DNA of 39,911 nt. Source: an uncultured Eubacteriales bacterium (lineage in GTDB: Bacteria; Bacillota; Clostridia; Lachnospirales; Lachnospiraceae). Below are positions 29,421 through 37,831 of the stretch, one piece after another; within the stretch, counting starts at the first letter, position 1, and each line of letters opens with the position of its first letter. A program made the translations under genes and the position numbers. Below the pieces are notes generated by a model. It was not told where the DNA came from. It ran no database searches and saw only the letters and a list, made by a program, of their open reading frames with translations. The stretch covers positions 1 through 39,911 of the forward strand of contig CASFUI010000088.1 of NCBI GenBank assembly GCA_949297565.1, written 5' to 3'.

Positions 29421-29551
29421 AAAAAAACCACACAATTATCCAAAAGGATAATTGTGCGGCGAAAAAAATTAAATACATAATATTTAACTTGAAAAATCCA
29501 CACTAAAATTTTAGCAGATGCAGTATATCACACTGATGTTTTCAGTGTCAA
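29421..29551 (-). promoter_or_regulatory. MATE promoter and leader terminator (candidate attenuator)
   Basis: TTGACA-18-TATACT with extended TG (29551-29522). The hairpin CCGCACAAUUAUCC-UUUU-GGAUAAUUGUGUGG plus U7 lies before the start codon. Confidence 0.6.
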
Positions 29552-29706
29552 GCCGCACACTTTTAAGATATTGAACATTTTTAAACCTGTTACAGAGTCC
29601 TCGGCTGTTTTTAGAAAGTATTGTGAACACCGCCATTGATTTGGAGTCTGATGGGCTGTATAATATGTTACATAACTTTTGATTTTGCTGAAAGGACTGT
29701 AAATTT

Positions 29707-31095
29707 ATGAATAGATTTGTTAAGCGGATTTCTGCCGTTATACTTACTTTAAGCACAGTAATCGGCACTGTTTTTATGTCCGGAGGGGATATATATGCCG
29801 AAGACACCGAAAACGGTACTTCACAGAACACGTCTCAGGACGCCTCTCTTGATTGGCCGGAAGCTCCGAATATTGTCGCACAGAGCGCAATCCTAATAGA
29901 CGCTGACACAGGCGCCATTCTCTATCAGAAAGATGCTCATGCCCGCGCCTATCCGGCGAGTACAACAAAAATTCTGACCGGTCTTCTGACTATCGAAAAC
30001 TGCAGTCTTGACGAGATAGTAACATTTTCGAGTGAGGCGGCAAATTCAGTAACCTACGAGGACTCAAATCTCGGCACTAAAACCGGAGAACAGTACACCG
30101 TAGAACAGGCTTTATACGGACTGCTTCTGTACTCTGCAAATGAGATAGCATATGGTCTCGCGGAACATGTAAGCGGCTCTCTGTCGGCTTTCACAGACCT
30201 GATGAACGAGCGCGCAAAAGAACTCGGTGCAATCAACACGCATTTCAGCAATGCCAGCGGACTGCATGACGACAACCACTATACAACCGCCTACGATATG
30301 GCTATGATAGCAAAGGGCTGCTACAACAATTCGACGTTTGTAAATATCGATTCGACATCTACAACATATACTATTCCTCCTACCAACAAGACAAGTGAGG
30401 AAAGAATTTTCAGACACCGTCATCTTATGCTCAAGGGAAGAGAGTACTATTACGAATACTGCAAAGGCGGAAAGACAGGCTTTACTGACCAGGCCGGCTA
30501 CACTCTTGTCACATTTGCCGAAAAAGACGATATGCGCCTTATATGCGTGTGCTTTAAATCGGGTGAAAAGGAACGCTTTGAGGATACCCGTTCGCTTTTT
30601 GACTGGGGCTTTGCAAACTTCAAAAAAATCACGGCTTCAGGAAACACAATAAGCTCATTATTTTCAAGCGACAGCTATTATCAGTCATCGGTATTTAATA
30701 AATACAATCTCAATTTCAACCTGAAAGCATCGACGCTTACTCTTCCAAAGGATGCTTCAGTGGGAAATGTTACGCTTGACATTGACGATAACTATGAGAC
30801 CTCAAGTGAAAACGGAATATATACCGCACACCTTAACTTCACCTACGGAGACAATATTGTCGGAACTGCTAATCTTACCCTGTCATCGGATGAAAATATT
30901 GCAGCTTCAAGCAATCTTCCGTATGCAACAAATGATAATACCTCTGCTTTAAAACAAAAGAAATGTATTGTCATTAATATATGGATAATTGTCGCTGTAG
31001 GGGCGGCAATACTCATAGCGCTGTATATACGCTCTGAGGTCAGACGCGTACAGAGGCAGCGCCGTCACGGCAGAAGACGCAGGCTGCGCTATTAA
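29707..31095 (+). CDS. D-alanyl-D-alanine carboxypeptidase (peptidase S11)
   Basis: Signal peptide, PASTTK (SxxK), SAN (SxN), GGKTGFT, C-terminal TM anchor and Arg-rich tail. Confidence 0.92.
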   Translation: MNRFVKRISAVILTLSTVIGTVFMSGGDIYAEDTENGTSQNTSQDASLDWPEAPNIVAQSAILIDADTGAILYQKDAHARAYPASTTKILTGLLTIENCSLDEIVTFSSEAANSVTYEDSNLGTKTGEQYTVEQALYGLLLYSANEIAYGLAEHVSGSLSAFTDLMNERAKELGAINTHFSNASGLHDDNHYTTAYDMAMIAKGCYNNSTFVNIDSTSTTYTIPPTNKTSEERIFRHRHLMLKGREYYYEYCKGGKTGFTDQAGYTLVTFAEKDDMRLICVCFKSGEKERFEDTRSLFDWGFANFKKITASGNTISSLFSSDSYYQSSVFNKYNLNFNLKASTLTLPKDASVGNVTLDIDDNYETSSENGIYTAHLNFTYGDNIVGTANLTLSSDENIAASSNLPYATNDNTSALKQKKCIVINIWIIVAVGAAILIALYIRSEVRRVQRQRRHGRRRRLRY

Positions 31096-31161
31096 ACAGC
31101 ATTTTCACGTCCGCCGTCAGATGAAAATACAAGTATTTAATCTTGGATCACCGCATAAGTC

Positions 31162-31212
31162 AAAGAAGCTTTTGAGAACAGCTTATCTGCCTGTCCTCAA
31201 AAGCTTCTTTTT
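31162..31212. terminator. Bidirectional terminator between convergent genes
   Basis: AAAGAAGCTTTTGAG / CTCAAAAGCTTCTTT stem with a T-run. Confidence 0.7.
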
Positions 31213-31299
31213 AAATTATATTTAATTTTAAATTATGTAAAGCACATTCACAATATGTAATCCAATAAAATTCGCCTGCCTTTTACCGCAGAAATAACC

Positions 31300-32316
31300 T
31301 TATCTCTGAACATCAAAGGAAGAATTATTCATAAGTCTCTTAATCTGGTCTACACTTGTAATATTTGTATCGCCGCGGATTGCATGCTTCATTACTGAGG
31401 AAGCCACCGCAAAATTAACCGTATCTTCCGGACTCATATCATTCTGCATGAGTGCGTAAATAAGACCTGAAGAAAAAGCGTCTCCGCCGCCGACACGGTC
31501 CACAATATCAAATGTGATTGTCTTGCTCTCATATGTCTCACCGTTAGTGTAAAAGAAAGCCTTGAGAGAGTTGTTGCTTCCCGAGTGAACATAACGCACT
31601 GTTCTGGCAATAGCCTTCATATGATACTGTGCGTCTATGGCCTTGAAAACTCTGTCCATATCCTTGAAAGAAGGATCCATTGTCAAACCGTCCTTTACAT
31701 CTGTTCCGTCCTCATTATATACATGAATAGGCTCAATTCCTATAAGAACGTCAACATAAGGCAGATATTTGCTAAGTACATCTCTGGCAGTACTGAAAGA
31801 CCAAAGCGTACTTCTGAAATTAGGGTCAAAGCTCACAGTCAGTCCAAGCTTCTTTGCTGTCTTTACTGCCTTATCAACAAGACGGCGGCAGTTGTAAGAG
31901 AGCGCCGGCGTAATTCCGCTCAGATGAAGCCAGTCATAATCCTTTAAAATGTCCTCAAAATCTACATCCTTATAGTCATACTCGGCAAACGCAGAGCCTG
32001 CCCTGTCATATATAACCTGAGCCGGTCTTACTGAAACCCCCTCCTCAAGATAATATACGCCCATTCTGCCGTCAGCCTTAATGATATGCTTAGTGTGAAC
32101 ATCATTTGCCTTAAAATAATTAATTGCAGACTTGCCTATATCTGAATTGGGAAGAACTGTAAAAAATGTACTATCTACCCCGAGATTTGCCAAAGAAACC
32201 GCTACATTTGCTTCTGCTCCGCCATAATTTACCACATAAGTATGAGTGGAAACTATTTTCTCGTAATTTGGCGGAGATAATCTTAACATCAATTCTCCAA
32301 TTGCAATGAACTTCAT
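31300..32316 (-). CDS. kdgK: PfkB-family sugar kinase, 2-keto-3-deoxygluconate kinase-like
   Basis: GELMLRLSP, GGAEANVA, YDRAGSA, HLSGITPAL, IVDRVGGGDAFSSG. Confidence 0.8.
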   Translation of the reverse strand: MKFIAIGELMLRLSPPNYEKIVSTHTYVVNYGGAEANVAVSLANLGVDSTFFTVLPNSDIGKSAINYFKANDVHTKHIIKADGRMGVYYLEEGVSVRPAQVIYDRAGSAFAEYDYKDVDFEDILKDYDWLHLSGITPALSYNCRRLVDKAVKTAKKLGLTVSFDPNFRSTLWSFSTARDVLSKYLPYVDVLIGIEPIHVYNEDGTDVKDGLTMDPSFKDMDRVFKAIDAQYHMKAIARTVRYVHSGSNNSLKAFFYTNGETYESKTITFDIVDRVGGGDAFSSGLIYALMQNDMSPEDTVNFAVASSVMKHAIRGDTNITSVDQIKRLMNNSSFDVQR

Positions 32317-32570
32317 ACTATCTCCTTTTTCATAGCGAACTAATTATATATTTATGATACTACGTAAATTGTAAAAATGCAAACCCTATTACTGCTTATT
32401 TTCTCAACGCACTTCATTGCAAATCAGATATTTTTCGTTTATACTGTTTATATATTAAAGAGTTTGGGGTTTACATCATAAAAATTACATATCAGAATTA
32501 TAACAGCCCTCTGCATTAAATCTTTTTACATTTTAAGTCAGCTGACATACAGAAAGAACAGGTAAGTCCA

Positions 32571-33008
32571 ATGGATACATTTGAAGTATTAAATAATTTG
32601 TTAGTAAATCTGTTTAACGATATTTTGGACATTGAACAAAAAGCACTTATTACAGATGAATTTAAAGATATTTCCGTTACCGACATGCACATTATAGAAG
32701 CTGTCGGAATTGACGAGCCAAAAACTATGACCGCAGTCTCAAAGCTCTTAGGCGTTACTATGGGTACGCTTACTATCGAAATGAACGGTCTTGTAAAAAA
32801 AGGATATGTCCTTCGTGCCAGAAGCACAAAGGACAGAAGAATTGTATATGCCTCACTTACAGAAAAGGGACTTTCCGCCTACAGGCATCATAAAAATTTT
32901 CACAAATCCATGATAGAAAGCGTCATGAAAAATTTAACCGAAGAGGAGGCCTCTGTTCTCACAAAAGCGTTTGTGAAGCTGGAGGATTTCTTCGAGCAAT
33001 GGAAATAG
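32571..33008 (+). CDS. MarR family regulator (FabT-like)
   Basis: LVNLFNDILDIE...DMHIIEA...LGVTMGTLT...LVKKGYVLR...DRRIV..LTEKG...HKNFH. Confidence 0.85.
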   Translation: MDTFEVLNNLLVNLFNDILDIEQKALITDEFKDISVTDMHIIEAVGIDEPKTMTAVSKLLGVTMGTLTIEMNGLVKKGYVLRARSTKDRRIVYASLTEKGLSAYRHHKNFHKSMIESVMKNLTEEEASVLTKAFVKLEDFFEQWK

Positions 33009-33020
33009 CGCGTCAGTGAG

Positions 33021-33047
33021 AGAAGTCCGATTTCGGACTTCTTTTTT
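33021..33047 (+). terminator. Intrinsic terminator after the MarR gene
   Basis: AGAAGTCCG-ATTT-CGGACTTCT followed by a T-run. Confidence 0.75.
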
Positions 33048-33528
33048 ATATTCTGAATATTTGATGTCTGTATCTGTTCAGTGCAAAAAGCAGCACCATT
33101 CCCAGCACTCCGCACACAATAATTTCTCCGCCGCCTACCGTAAGCATAAAAAACCATACCATGCCGTCATTTCCGTAAGCATATTTCAATACCCACGGAA
33201 CAATAAGCGTATTTGCGATAATCGGCGGAAGAGGGGCAAGCCACTTATATTTTCTGAGAAGATATGTACCGACGTCTCCAACAAGAGTTGCGGCACATCC
33301 GAACACAATATCCCATATAACAGCACCTCCGAGTATGTTGGAGAGCAGACATCCTATAAATAACCCCGGAATTGCCGCCGGCGTAAAATACGGAAGAACT
33401 GTCAGAGCCTCCGCCACTCTGAACTGTATAGGCCCGAAGCTCCAATAGTCAAAAATAACCACAAGTACCACATAAATTGCAGCTATAACCGCTGCCTGAG
33501 TAATAAATACTGCTTTTTTGTTTTTCAT
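33046..33528 (-). CDS. queT: QueT queuosine-precursor transporter (ECF S component)
   Basis: AVIAAIYVVL...FGPIQFRVAEALTVLP...AIPGLFIGCLLSN...DIVFG; preQ1 riboswitch upstream. Confidence 0.9.
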   Translation of the reverse strand: MKNKKAVFITQAAVIAAIYVVLVVIFDYWSFGPIQFRVAEALTVLPYFTPAAIPGLFIGCLLSNILGGAVIWDIVFGCAATLVGDVGTYLLRKYKWLAPLPPIIANTLIVPWVLKYAYGNDGMVWFFMLTVGGGEIIVCGVLGMVLLFALNRYRHQIFRI

Positions 33529-33540
33529 ATTAAATTATTC

Positions 33541-33582
33541 TCCTTTAGTTTTGTTTTACGAGTGGAAGGTCTCGAACACTCG
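33541..33582 (-). promoter_or_regulatory. preQ1-I riboswitch (translational)
   Basis: CGAGUG-UUCGAGACCUUC-CACUCG-UAAAACAAAACUA-AAGGA: P1 stem, UUCG loop and A-rich tail running into the queT SD. Confidence 0.88.
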
Positions 33583-33656
33583 GTTTTTCCGCCTGCTGCC
33601 GCAAACTTCTGCCAGTCTATCACATAAAAGAGAAAAAATCAATTATTTGCACTAAT

Positions 33657-35861
33657 TCATCGTACTTTGCAGCGGCACCATAATATTCCCGACAACAGCA
33701 TAAACGCCGCAAGCATCACCGCCATTACAATAAATGCTACCAAAGGGTTAAGCATTCCCCATTTCAAAACTGTCCACGAACACAACATTGAAATTACAAC
33801 CGCAGCGGATATTGCTGCTTTTTCATTTTTATTATTCACAAATATCATAACACAGCATATAAACGCCGCTAAAGTCATCACAAACAGATATATCATTATA
33901 AACTGCAGCACTATATAATCCATAATATTAATATTTAAAGTGCAGTTTCTCATAAATGTAAGACTTTGAACAGGCGCATCCATATACTGAAAATCATAAA
34001 ACCTGACAAGATAAAACCAATCTATCACGTATGTAAGAACAAACAAAAATAAAGTCACAACTAAACCTGCCGCCATTTTCTCGACAAACAGCTTTGCTCT
34101 GCCATTTGCCGACATATAAAGCAGCGCCGCCATTTTTGTCTCATATTCTCTGCGAAAACCCTCGGATAATATCAAAATAACAGCACATGAAAGACAGAAT
34201 AAAATTTTTATTTCTCTGCTCTCCCCGTATTTTCCTATTAACTCCTCATAGCCTCTGTCCGACATCATATAGCCGTTTATACCGCTTGAAGCCTTTAACT
34301 CGTCTAAATATGAGAGCTTAGTATATATTTCCGAATAAGCCTTTACCTGCGTTTCCAGCTCCATGCTTTCCTCAAACGCCTCAATATACGCCTCATGTTC
34401 TTCATCTCCGGAATAATTTATAAGCTGCAGCTTTCTGTTCTGAGCTTCAATATATCTTTCTTTAGTACTTAAAGCTTCTTCCTCTAATTCGGAATAATCA
34501 GCACCTCCCATTTGCGAATATTTTTTATCAAGCTGATTTTGAGCCTGGGAAAAATTCATTTTGCTGTCCCTGCAAAAATAAACGGTAAGCGCTACCAGCA
34601 AAACAATAATTATAATGCTGCTTCTGGAAAACACAATTTTATATATTTCTTTTAACAGCATAGGCATACCGGCGACAACTTTTTGACAAAATATCTCTAT
34701 ATTCCAAAGAGAACGCCTAAGCACGTTTATCTCTATTCCCTTGTTCATTTTTTCAAAAATAATAACAGCCGCCACCGAACACGCGATACAAACTGCGGAG
34801 CATGCATATAAAATAAGGCTCTCAACCGACACTACCCACGAACGTATTCCGGTATTCAGATACCCCATAGAAATATCATTAAAGCTTAACAGATTAAATA
34901 TATTTATATGACGAAGCATTCTGTATACGCTCTGAATTTCGATTTTTTTATAAAATAAATATTCTGCACCGCATATTGCCGCCATAATTATAATTACTGT
35001 TTTTCTGTCCTTAAATACAGCTAAAAGAAGCCATACTATGCACACAATCGTATATACGACAAGAATATTTTTAAGACAGCTTATAATTAAAAAATCAAGC
35101 TGCGAATTTGCATGAGTATACATTGAAAAGCTTTGAAGCGTCTGAATGGGAGCGTTTATATTATCCGAAGCTCCGTAAATCAAAAACGAACATATTAGCG
35201 TCGAAATATACATTACAGTCACGCTTAAAGCAGTCAAGCCCGCAATGATAAGCTGACGACAAACCGCCAGCCTCCCTCTTCCTCCTGACGCCGTCCTCGT
35301 CAGAGGAAGCATTCCGTTAGCACGCTCCTGCGGCAGCTGATATAATATAAACAGCATAAAAATAAAAGCGACGCCGTTTATCCATTTATAATCAAAAAAA
35401 CTTTCGACCGCTAAATCATTTTGAAGAGACAGCTCCATATCGGACATTTTTTCAAAATCAAGGAGTGTTTTTTTAATATTGTAATAGGAATAGCTGTTTT
35501 TATTATAAAATACAGAAAACCTGCTTTTATGCTCTGCATTTTTTATTACATAATCTATTTTCTCTCTGTATGTTTTTATATATTCTATCTTTTCATATAA
35601 CCTTTGCGCCGATTTTTGTTCGGCAGTATTATTATATTCCTCGGAGCCGTTTATATAAGCTTCAAGCAGTTTTTCCGCTTTATCCGTATCCGTCTGCAAA
35701 CACGCCTCCAAAAGCCTGTCGTAGGCTCCCGCATATTCCCGCAGATTTAAACCGTTATAAACATGTCTTTGAGCGTTAATAAAAAGAAAAAGATTTACCG
35801 CAATGCATGTTAGAAAAATAATTATATTTTTTTTGCACGCAATCCTTTTCAACTCCTGCAT
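33657..35861 (-). CDS. Large polytopic membrane protein, ABC-2-type permease-like, with two repeated halves
   Basis: Two TM bundles, each with a similar motif (ERANGMLPLTRTASGGR / EYETKMAALLYMSANGR; NAPIQTL / DAPVQSL) and large extracellular loops. Confidence 0.7.
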   Translation of the reverse strand: MQELKRIACKKNIIIFLTCIAVNLFLFINAQRHVYNGLNLREYAGAYDRLLEACLQTDTDKAEKLLEAYINGSEEYNNTAEQKSAQRLYEKIEYIKTYREKIDYVIKNAEHKSRFSVFYNKNSYSYYNIKKTLLDFEKMSDMELSLQNDLAVESFFDYKWINGVAFIFMLFILYQLPQERANGMLPLTRTASGGRGRLAVCRQLIIAGLTALSVTVMYISTLICSFLIYGASDNINAPIQTLQSFSMYTHANSQLDFLIISCLKNILVVYTIVCIVWLLLAVFKDRKTVIIIMAAICGAEYLFYKKIEIQSVYRMLRHINIFNLLSFNDISMGYLNTGIRSWVVSVESLILYACSAVCIACSVAAVIIFEKMNKGIEINVLRRSLWNIEIFCQKVVAGMPMLLKEIYKIVFSRSSIIIIVLLVALTVYFCRDSKMNFSQAQNQLDKKYSQMGGADYSELEEEALSTKERYIEAQNRKLQLINYSGDEEHEAYIEAFEESMELETQVKAYSEIYTKLSYLDELKASSGINGYMMSDRGYEELIGKYGESREIKILFCLSCAVILILSEGFRREYETKMAALLYMSANGRAKLFVEKMAAGLVVTLFLFVLTYVIDWFYLVRFYDFQYMDAPVQSLTFMRNCTLNINIMDYIVLQFIMIYLFVMTLAAFICCVMIFVNNKNEKAAISAAVVISMLCSWTVLKWGMLNPLVAFIVMAVMLAAFMLLSGILWCRCKVR

Positions 35862-35871
35862 AGACCACCTC

Positions 35872-37044
35872 TTAATTTTCTAAAATCAAAGGATTTTCAA
35901 GCTTTTCCCACTCCTTTGCTTTACTTATTTCCGCTTTTGATATAGTTAAAATTTCTTTGTCCTTATTAGTTCCGAAAATATACTTATCATCTCCAAAAAA
36001 CGTACAATAGGTGCCTGCTGTTTCTATTTTATTTACAATCTCGCCGTCCTTTTTAACCACCCATACATAGCTGTCTGTTTTGTAAATCATATTTTTATAC
36101 ATTTCGTTGCACATATATAAATACTGACCGTCGTATGACAGCTCACAGTAATTATTTACCCGGTCCTCGCACTCCAGCAGTTTTGTCCTGCTGCCTGTTG
36201 ATAATTTCTGTTCATACAAGCCGTCGTCTATTACAAAATAGTATATATTACCCTCGTTCTCATCTACGGTAAAATCGCTTACACTTTTGTCAATAAACAA
36301 TTCTGTTTTTTGCGTATCCGTATCATATATGTAAACTCCTTTTCCCTGCGCGGATACGTCAGCGGAATTGCTATTTTTTGTCCATGATGTTACAAGTATA
36401 AATGCCTTATTCCCATATAATTTTACAGCTGAAACCTGTGCTCCCTTTGCAGTATAAGAAAAAATAATATTGTCATCTTTACCGTCCAGACTTCTCCTGC
36501 GCACCGTCTCCTGCGTCTCGTCCACTCCGTATCCGCCCACACGGTTATAACAGTATACGCTGTCGCCTCCGAAAGCCAATTTATAAGCAACGCTTATTGT
36601 ACCCAATTCAAATAATGTCTTCCTCTCGCTCCCGTCAGGCTTTATCTGCACCAGATATGAATTGCCGTCGCTTTCGTCATTTTTGATAACATAAATATAT
36701 CCCTTGTAATAATAAATGCTTTGACTGTTGTATTCGTCCCCCAACGCGGCGTCACAGTTCTCATCCTCGTGCCTGCATTCCGGCTTATTGCATAATATAG
36801 TCGTACTCTTTGTCTGACCGTCCATATACGCAATTAAATTTTTCATATATACGCCGTCTTGAATATTTCTTTGATATATGTAATAATATCCGTTTTCCGC
36901 CGCCGCCACAGGCTGATTAAACATATTCCAATAAGGCTGTAAATCGTCCTCACCCGAACTGCCCACATCAACACTCTTATTTGAACAGCCGCACGCAATT
37001 AAACATAAAACCACAGCTAAAAAACAAGCAAATTTCTTTATCAC
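35872..37044 (-). CDS. Lipoprotein, probable beta-propeller (DUF5050-like)
   Basis: GTG start after GAGGTG; lipobox-like IACGC; LCNKPECRHEDENCDA Cys cluster; repeated aromatic beta-strand units (GYYYIY, GYIYVI, GNIYYF, GQYLYM). Confidence 0.7.
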   Translation of the reverse strand: MIKKFACFLAVVLCLIACGCSNKSVDVGSSGEDDLQPYWNMFNQPVAAAENGYYYIYQRNIQDGVYMKNLIAYMDGQTKSTTILCNKPECRHEDENCDAALGDEYNSQSIYYYKGYIYVIKNDESDGNSYLVQIKPDGSERKTLFELGTISVAYKLAFGGDSVYCYNRVGGYGVDETQETVRRRSLDGKDDNIIFSYTAKGAQVSAVKLYGNKAFILVTSWTKNSNSADVSAQGKGVYIYDTDTQKTELFIDKSVSDFTVDENEGNIYYFVIDDGLYEQKLSTGSRTKLLECEDRVNNYCELSYDGQYLYMCNEMYKNMIYKTDSYVWVVKKDGEIVNKIETAGTYCTFFGDDKYIFGTNKDKEILTISKAEISKAKEWEKLENPLILEN

Positions 37045-37090
37045 ATTAATCTCACCTCGCCGAAAAATCATTTTTTAATTTTGTCTCAAA

Positions 37091-37510
37091 TTACTCATAA
37101 AAGTTTTCTCTGAAATCATGGTCAAAATATGCGGTCGTTCCTGTTTCAGGACCATCAGCTCTCACAGATGCTGTAACTCGCACCATTTGGTCAAATACCG
37201 TATTTTTACAACTTACTCCAAAAGATGTAGTCTGGTCTGCTCCCCCATACAATCTATACTCAAATCCCCACCAGTCATATGCATATCCGTTAACACTAAA
37301 ATCACATACATCATTTGCATCCATATTTACATAAGCCGCATCCTCCTTAACTCCATACTCACATTTAACATATACATTTCCGGCATAAAAATTAAGATTT
37401 TCATATCCGGAATACCATGCTGTTCCTCCCTGTACTCCTGCTTCTGCTTTAAAGCAGCTACCCAATACAAATAAACCTGCAATAAATCCACATAATACCT
37501 TTTTTACCAT
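37091..37510 (-). CDS. Small secreted hypothetical protein (139 aa)
   Basis: ATG at 37510 after GGGAGGA; Sec signal peptide ending AEA; aromatic/Gly-rich mature part. Confidence 0.7.
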   Translation of the reverse strand: MVKKVLCGFIAGLFVLGSCFKAEAGVQGGTAWYSGYENLNFYAGNVYVKCEYGVKEDAAYVNMDANDVCDFSVNGYAYDWWGFEYRLYGGADQTTSFGVSCKNTVFDQMVRVTASVRADGPETGTTAYFDHDFRENFYE

Positions 37511-37590
37511 AATAAATCCTCCCTTCACACTAATTATACGATTATTTATCTGTTTATATTGTACACCCCAAAAAATTAATTTTAAGTCTA

Positions 37591-37636
37591 TTGTAAAAAT
37601 CAGCAGGTTTTTTGTAAAAATCAGCAGGTTTTTGTA
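37591..37636. repeat. Exact 21-bp tandem direct repeat (2 copies plus partial) upstream of the secreted-protein cassette
   Basis: TTGTAAAAATCAGCAGGTTTT at 37591-37611 and 37612-37632, then TGTA. Confidence 0.9.
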
Positions 37637-37708
37637 TAAATTATCACGTTTTTAGTCGCATCAAATTCGATGATTGAGCTATCTCCTCGCTCCATCTAAA
37701 AACAAAAG

Positions 37709-37756
37709 AAAAACGGAAGGAATTCCACTCAGTCTGTGGAATTCTTTCCGTTTTTT
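37709..37756. terminator. Long hairpin, likely terminator of the dehydrogenase operon
   Basis: AAAAACGGAAGGAATTCCAC / GTGGAATTCTTTCCGTTTTT with T-runs on both strands. Confidence 0.7.
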
Positions 37757-37831
37757 CGTACTGGTATATATGTTCATGATAAGTTTCTGCTACAGATGAT
37801 TGTTTCACACCAAATAAGCCCGCATTATCTT

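Noticed and set aside
37591-37636. Tandem repeat as a CRISPR array
   Set aside because: The copies are adjacent with no spacers, there are only two, and there are no cas genes.
37801-37816. parS-like sequence TGTTTCACACCAAATA
   Set aside because: Only one half-site matches TGTTTCACGTGAAACA (12/16 overall) and it is not palindromic.
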